DNA of 63,551 nucleotides, filler included, from Kipferlia bialata (Eukaryota): NCBI GenBank assembly GCA_003568945.1. It is 4 parts of 4 records of this genome, joined end to end, with 100 filler letters (N's around TTAATTAATTAA, not from the genome) between each part and the next. Parts side by side here need not be neighbours in the genome. Positions count along the whole stretch, not along the records: positions 60,275 to 63,551 come from BDIP01000305.1; 3 more parts are not named here. One strand, written 5' to 3'. This document shows positions 62,482 through 63,551 of this stretch, piece by piece (position 1 is the first letter of the stretch; each line of letters starts with the position of its first letter). Position numbers and translations under genes: made by a program. The notes under the pieces are model-generated. The model saw only the letters and a program-made list of their open reading frames with translations, made no database searches and had not been told where the DNA came from.

Positions 62482-63027
62482 ATGGTTCACGTTCCCAAGG
62501 CCACCAAGAAGGCAGTGTACCAGTACCTCTTCGAGAGTGAGTGCTTTTACGTAGGATTTATCGTCATTGGGGGGCTATAGGAGGGTTTTGGGGTAGTTTT
62601 AGGTTTTGGGTGGGGAGAGCTCCGTTCTGCTGTGGTAGTGACGGTGTCCTGTGCTCTGGTTGGATTATTGTTGTTGTGATGATTGTTTGGTCTTGTTCTT
62701 ACCCCAGACGGATGCGTTGTTGTGAAGAAGACCAACCTTCCCGGCAACCACCCCGACATCCGTAACTCTGAGGATGCTGAGGTCGAGCGCCTCCACGTCT
62801 GGATGACCATGCGTTCCCTCCAGTCCCGTGACCTTGTCAAGGAGAACTACGCCTGGTCCCACCACTACTACTTCCTCAACGAGGCCGGTATCGACTACCT
62901 TAGGAAGGAGCTCCACCTCCCCGAGTCTGTGATGCCCAACATCGTGAACAAGGGACCCGCTCGCCCCGTCCGCGGAGACGACCGTGACGGCCGCCGCCCC
63001 TCCGGTGACGACAGGCGCAGGTGGTAA
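62482..63027 (+). CDS. RPS10: 40S ribosomal protein eS10
   Basis: MVHVPKATKKAVYQYLFE|NGCVVVKK...HP...LHVWMTMRSLQSRDLVKENYAWSHHYYFLNEAGIDYLRKELHLPESVMP. Intron 62537-62707. A further 3' exon near 63280 is possible. Confidence 0.95.
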
Positions 63028-63551
63028 TTAGCGAATAGACCCAAACGATTAGTTTGGGGTTATTTGTCACCTTTCTTGTAGTCGGATGGTACGCAGTAAT
63101 CATAAGCATCTTGTATAAATCATGATGTCTAGGGTTTGTAGTGAGTCCGGGTTGGTGTATCATTGGTGTTAAGTATATGTGCTCTCCTTCAATTCTGGTA
63201 TGTTTGTTTATGGCTTGTTGCGAAATCATACGGCATGAGCTTGTAGTATACCTCTGAACCTCCTTTTTCCTCTCTGCCAGAGAAGCAGCAAGAGTTTCTT
63301 CTCACCCTGAGGGGCTTTAGTGAGTGGATGACCCCTGATTGTAGTCAACCTGGTTACGGTGGTAACTCGTTGTTCTTGTGAAACAACATCTTGCTCTAAC
63401 TAAACTCGACAGGGCAAACTCTATTGAGACACGAAACAAACACACTCCACTGTAATCAATGCGGAGCAAAACTAAACACTCCATCTTATAATGGCCTCTT
63501 ACATATCCTTCTTTGCCCGTGCCTTGATAAGGTCGTCGCACCTCAGAATCA

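Noticed and set aside
63120..63260. Box C/D snoRNA downstream of or within RPS10
   Set aside because: The C-like box is imperfect (ATGATGT), the CTGA is distant, and I see no terminal stem or recognisable rRNA guide.

Overview
Intron-rich eukaryotic protist DNA. The branch point fused to the acceptor (CT[A/G/C]AC-CCC-YAG), (CT)n/(TA)n introns and (GA)n-encoded ER tracts resemble the free-living fornicate Kipferlia bialata (inference, not checked). The window is a draft assembly with N gaps, three artificial TTAATTAATTAA linkers and several poly-G/C junctions. Recognisable genes, all called from recalled motifs without a database search: a ~23-kb APC1 gene, a DMAP1/Swc4-like SANT gene, a RING-H2 protein with ARM-like helices, eIF3g (split across opposite strands around a probably inverted contig), a Naa50/Naa60-like GNAT, glucosamine-6-phosphate deaminase, a bacterial-type glycerol dehydrogenase, a GNB1L/Asa1-like WD40 protein and RPS10. 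A kelch-like protein and several unknown or secreted proteins are also present. Two features stand out. (1) Polar 'exon echoes': long introns are built from diverged tandem copies of the neighbouring exon end plus its splice site, with decoy acceptors upstream and decoy donors downstream of the real exon. (2) A ~5-kb uninterrupted exon encodes ten copies of an unrecognised ~70-90 aa helical module (3 with a CCxxxC...C motif, 7 of GT-x2-EG...FIREW...CG type), which may be spliced in frame onto the DMAP1/Swc4 gene.
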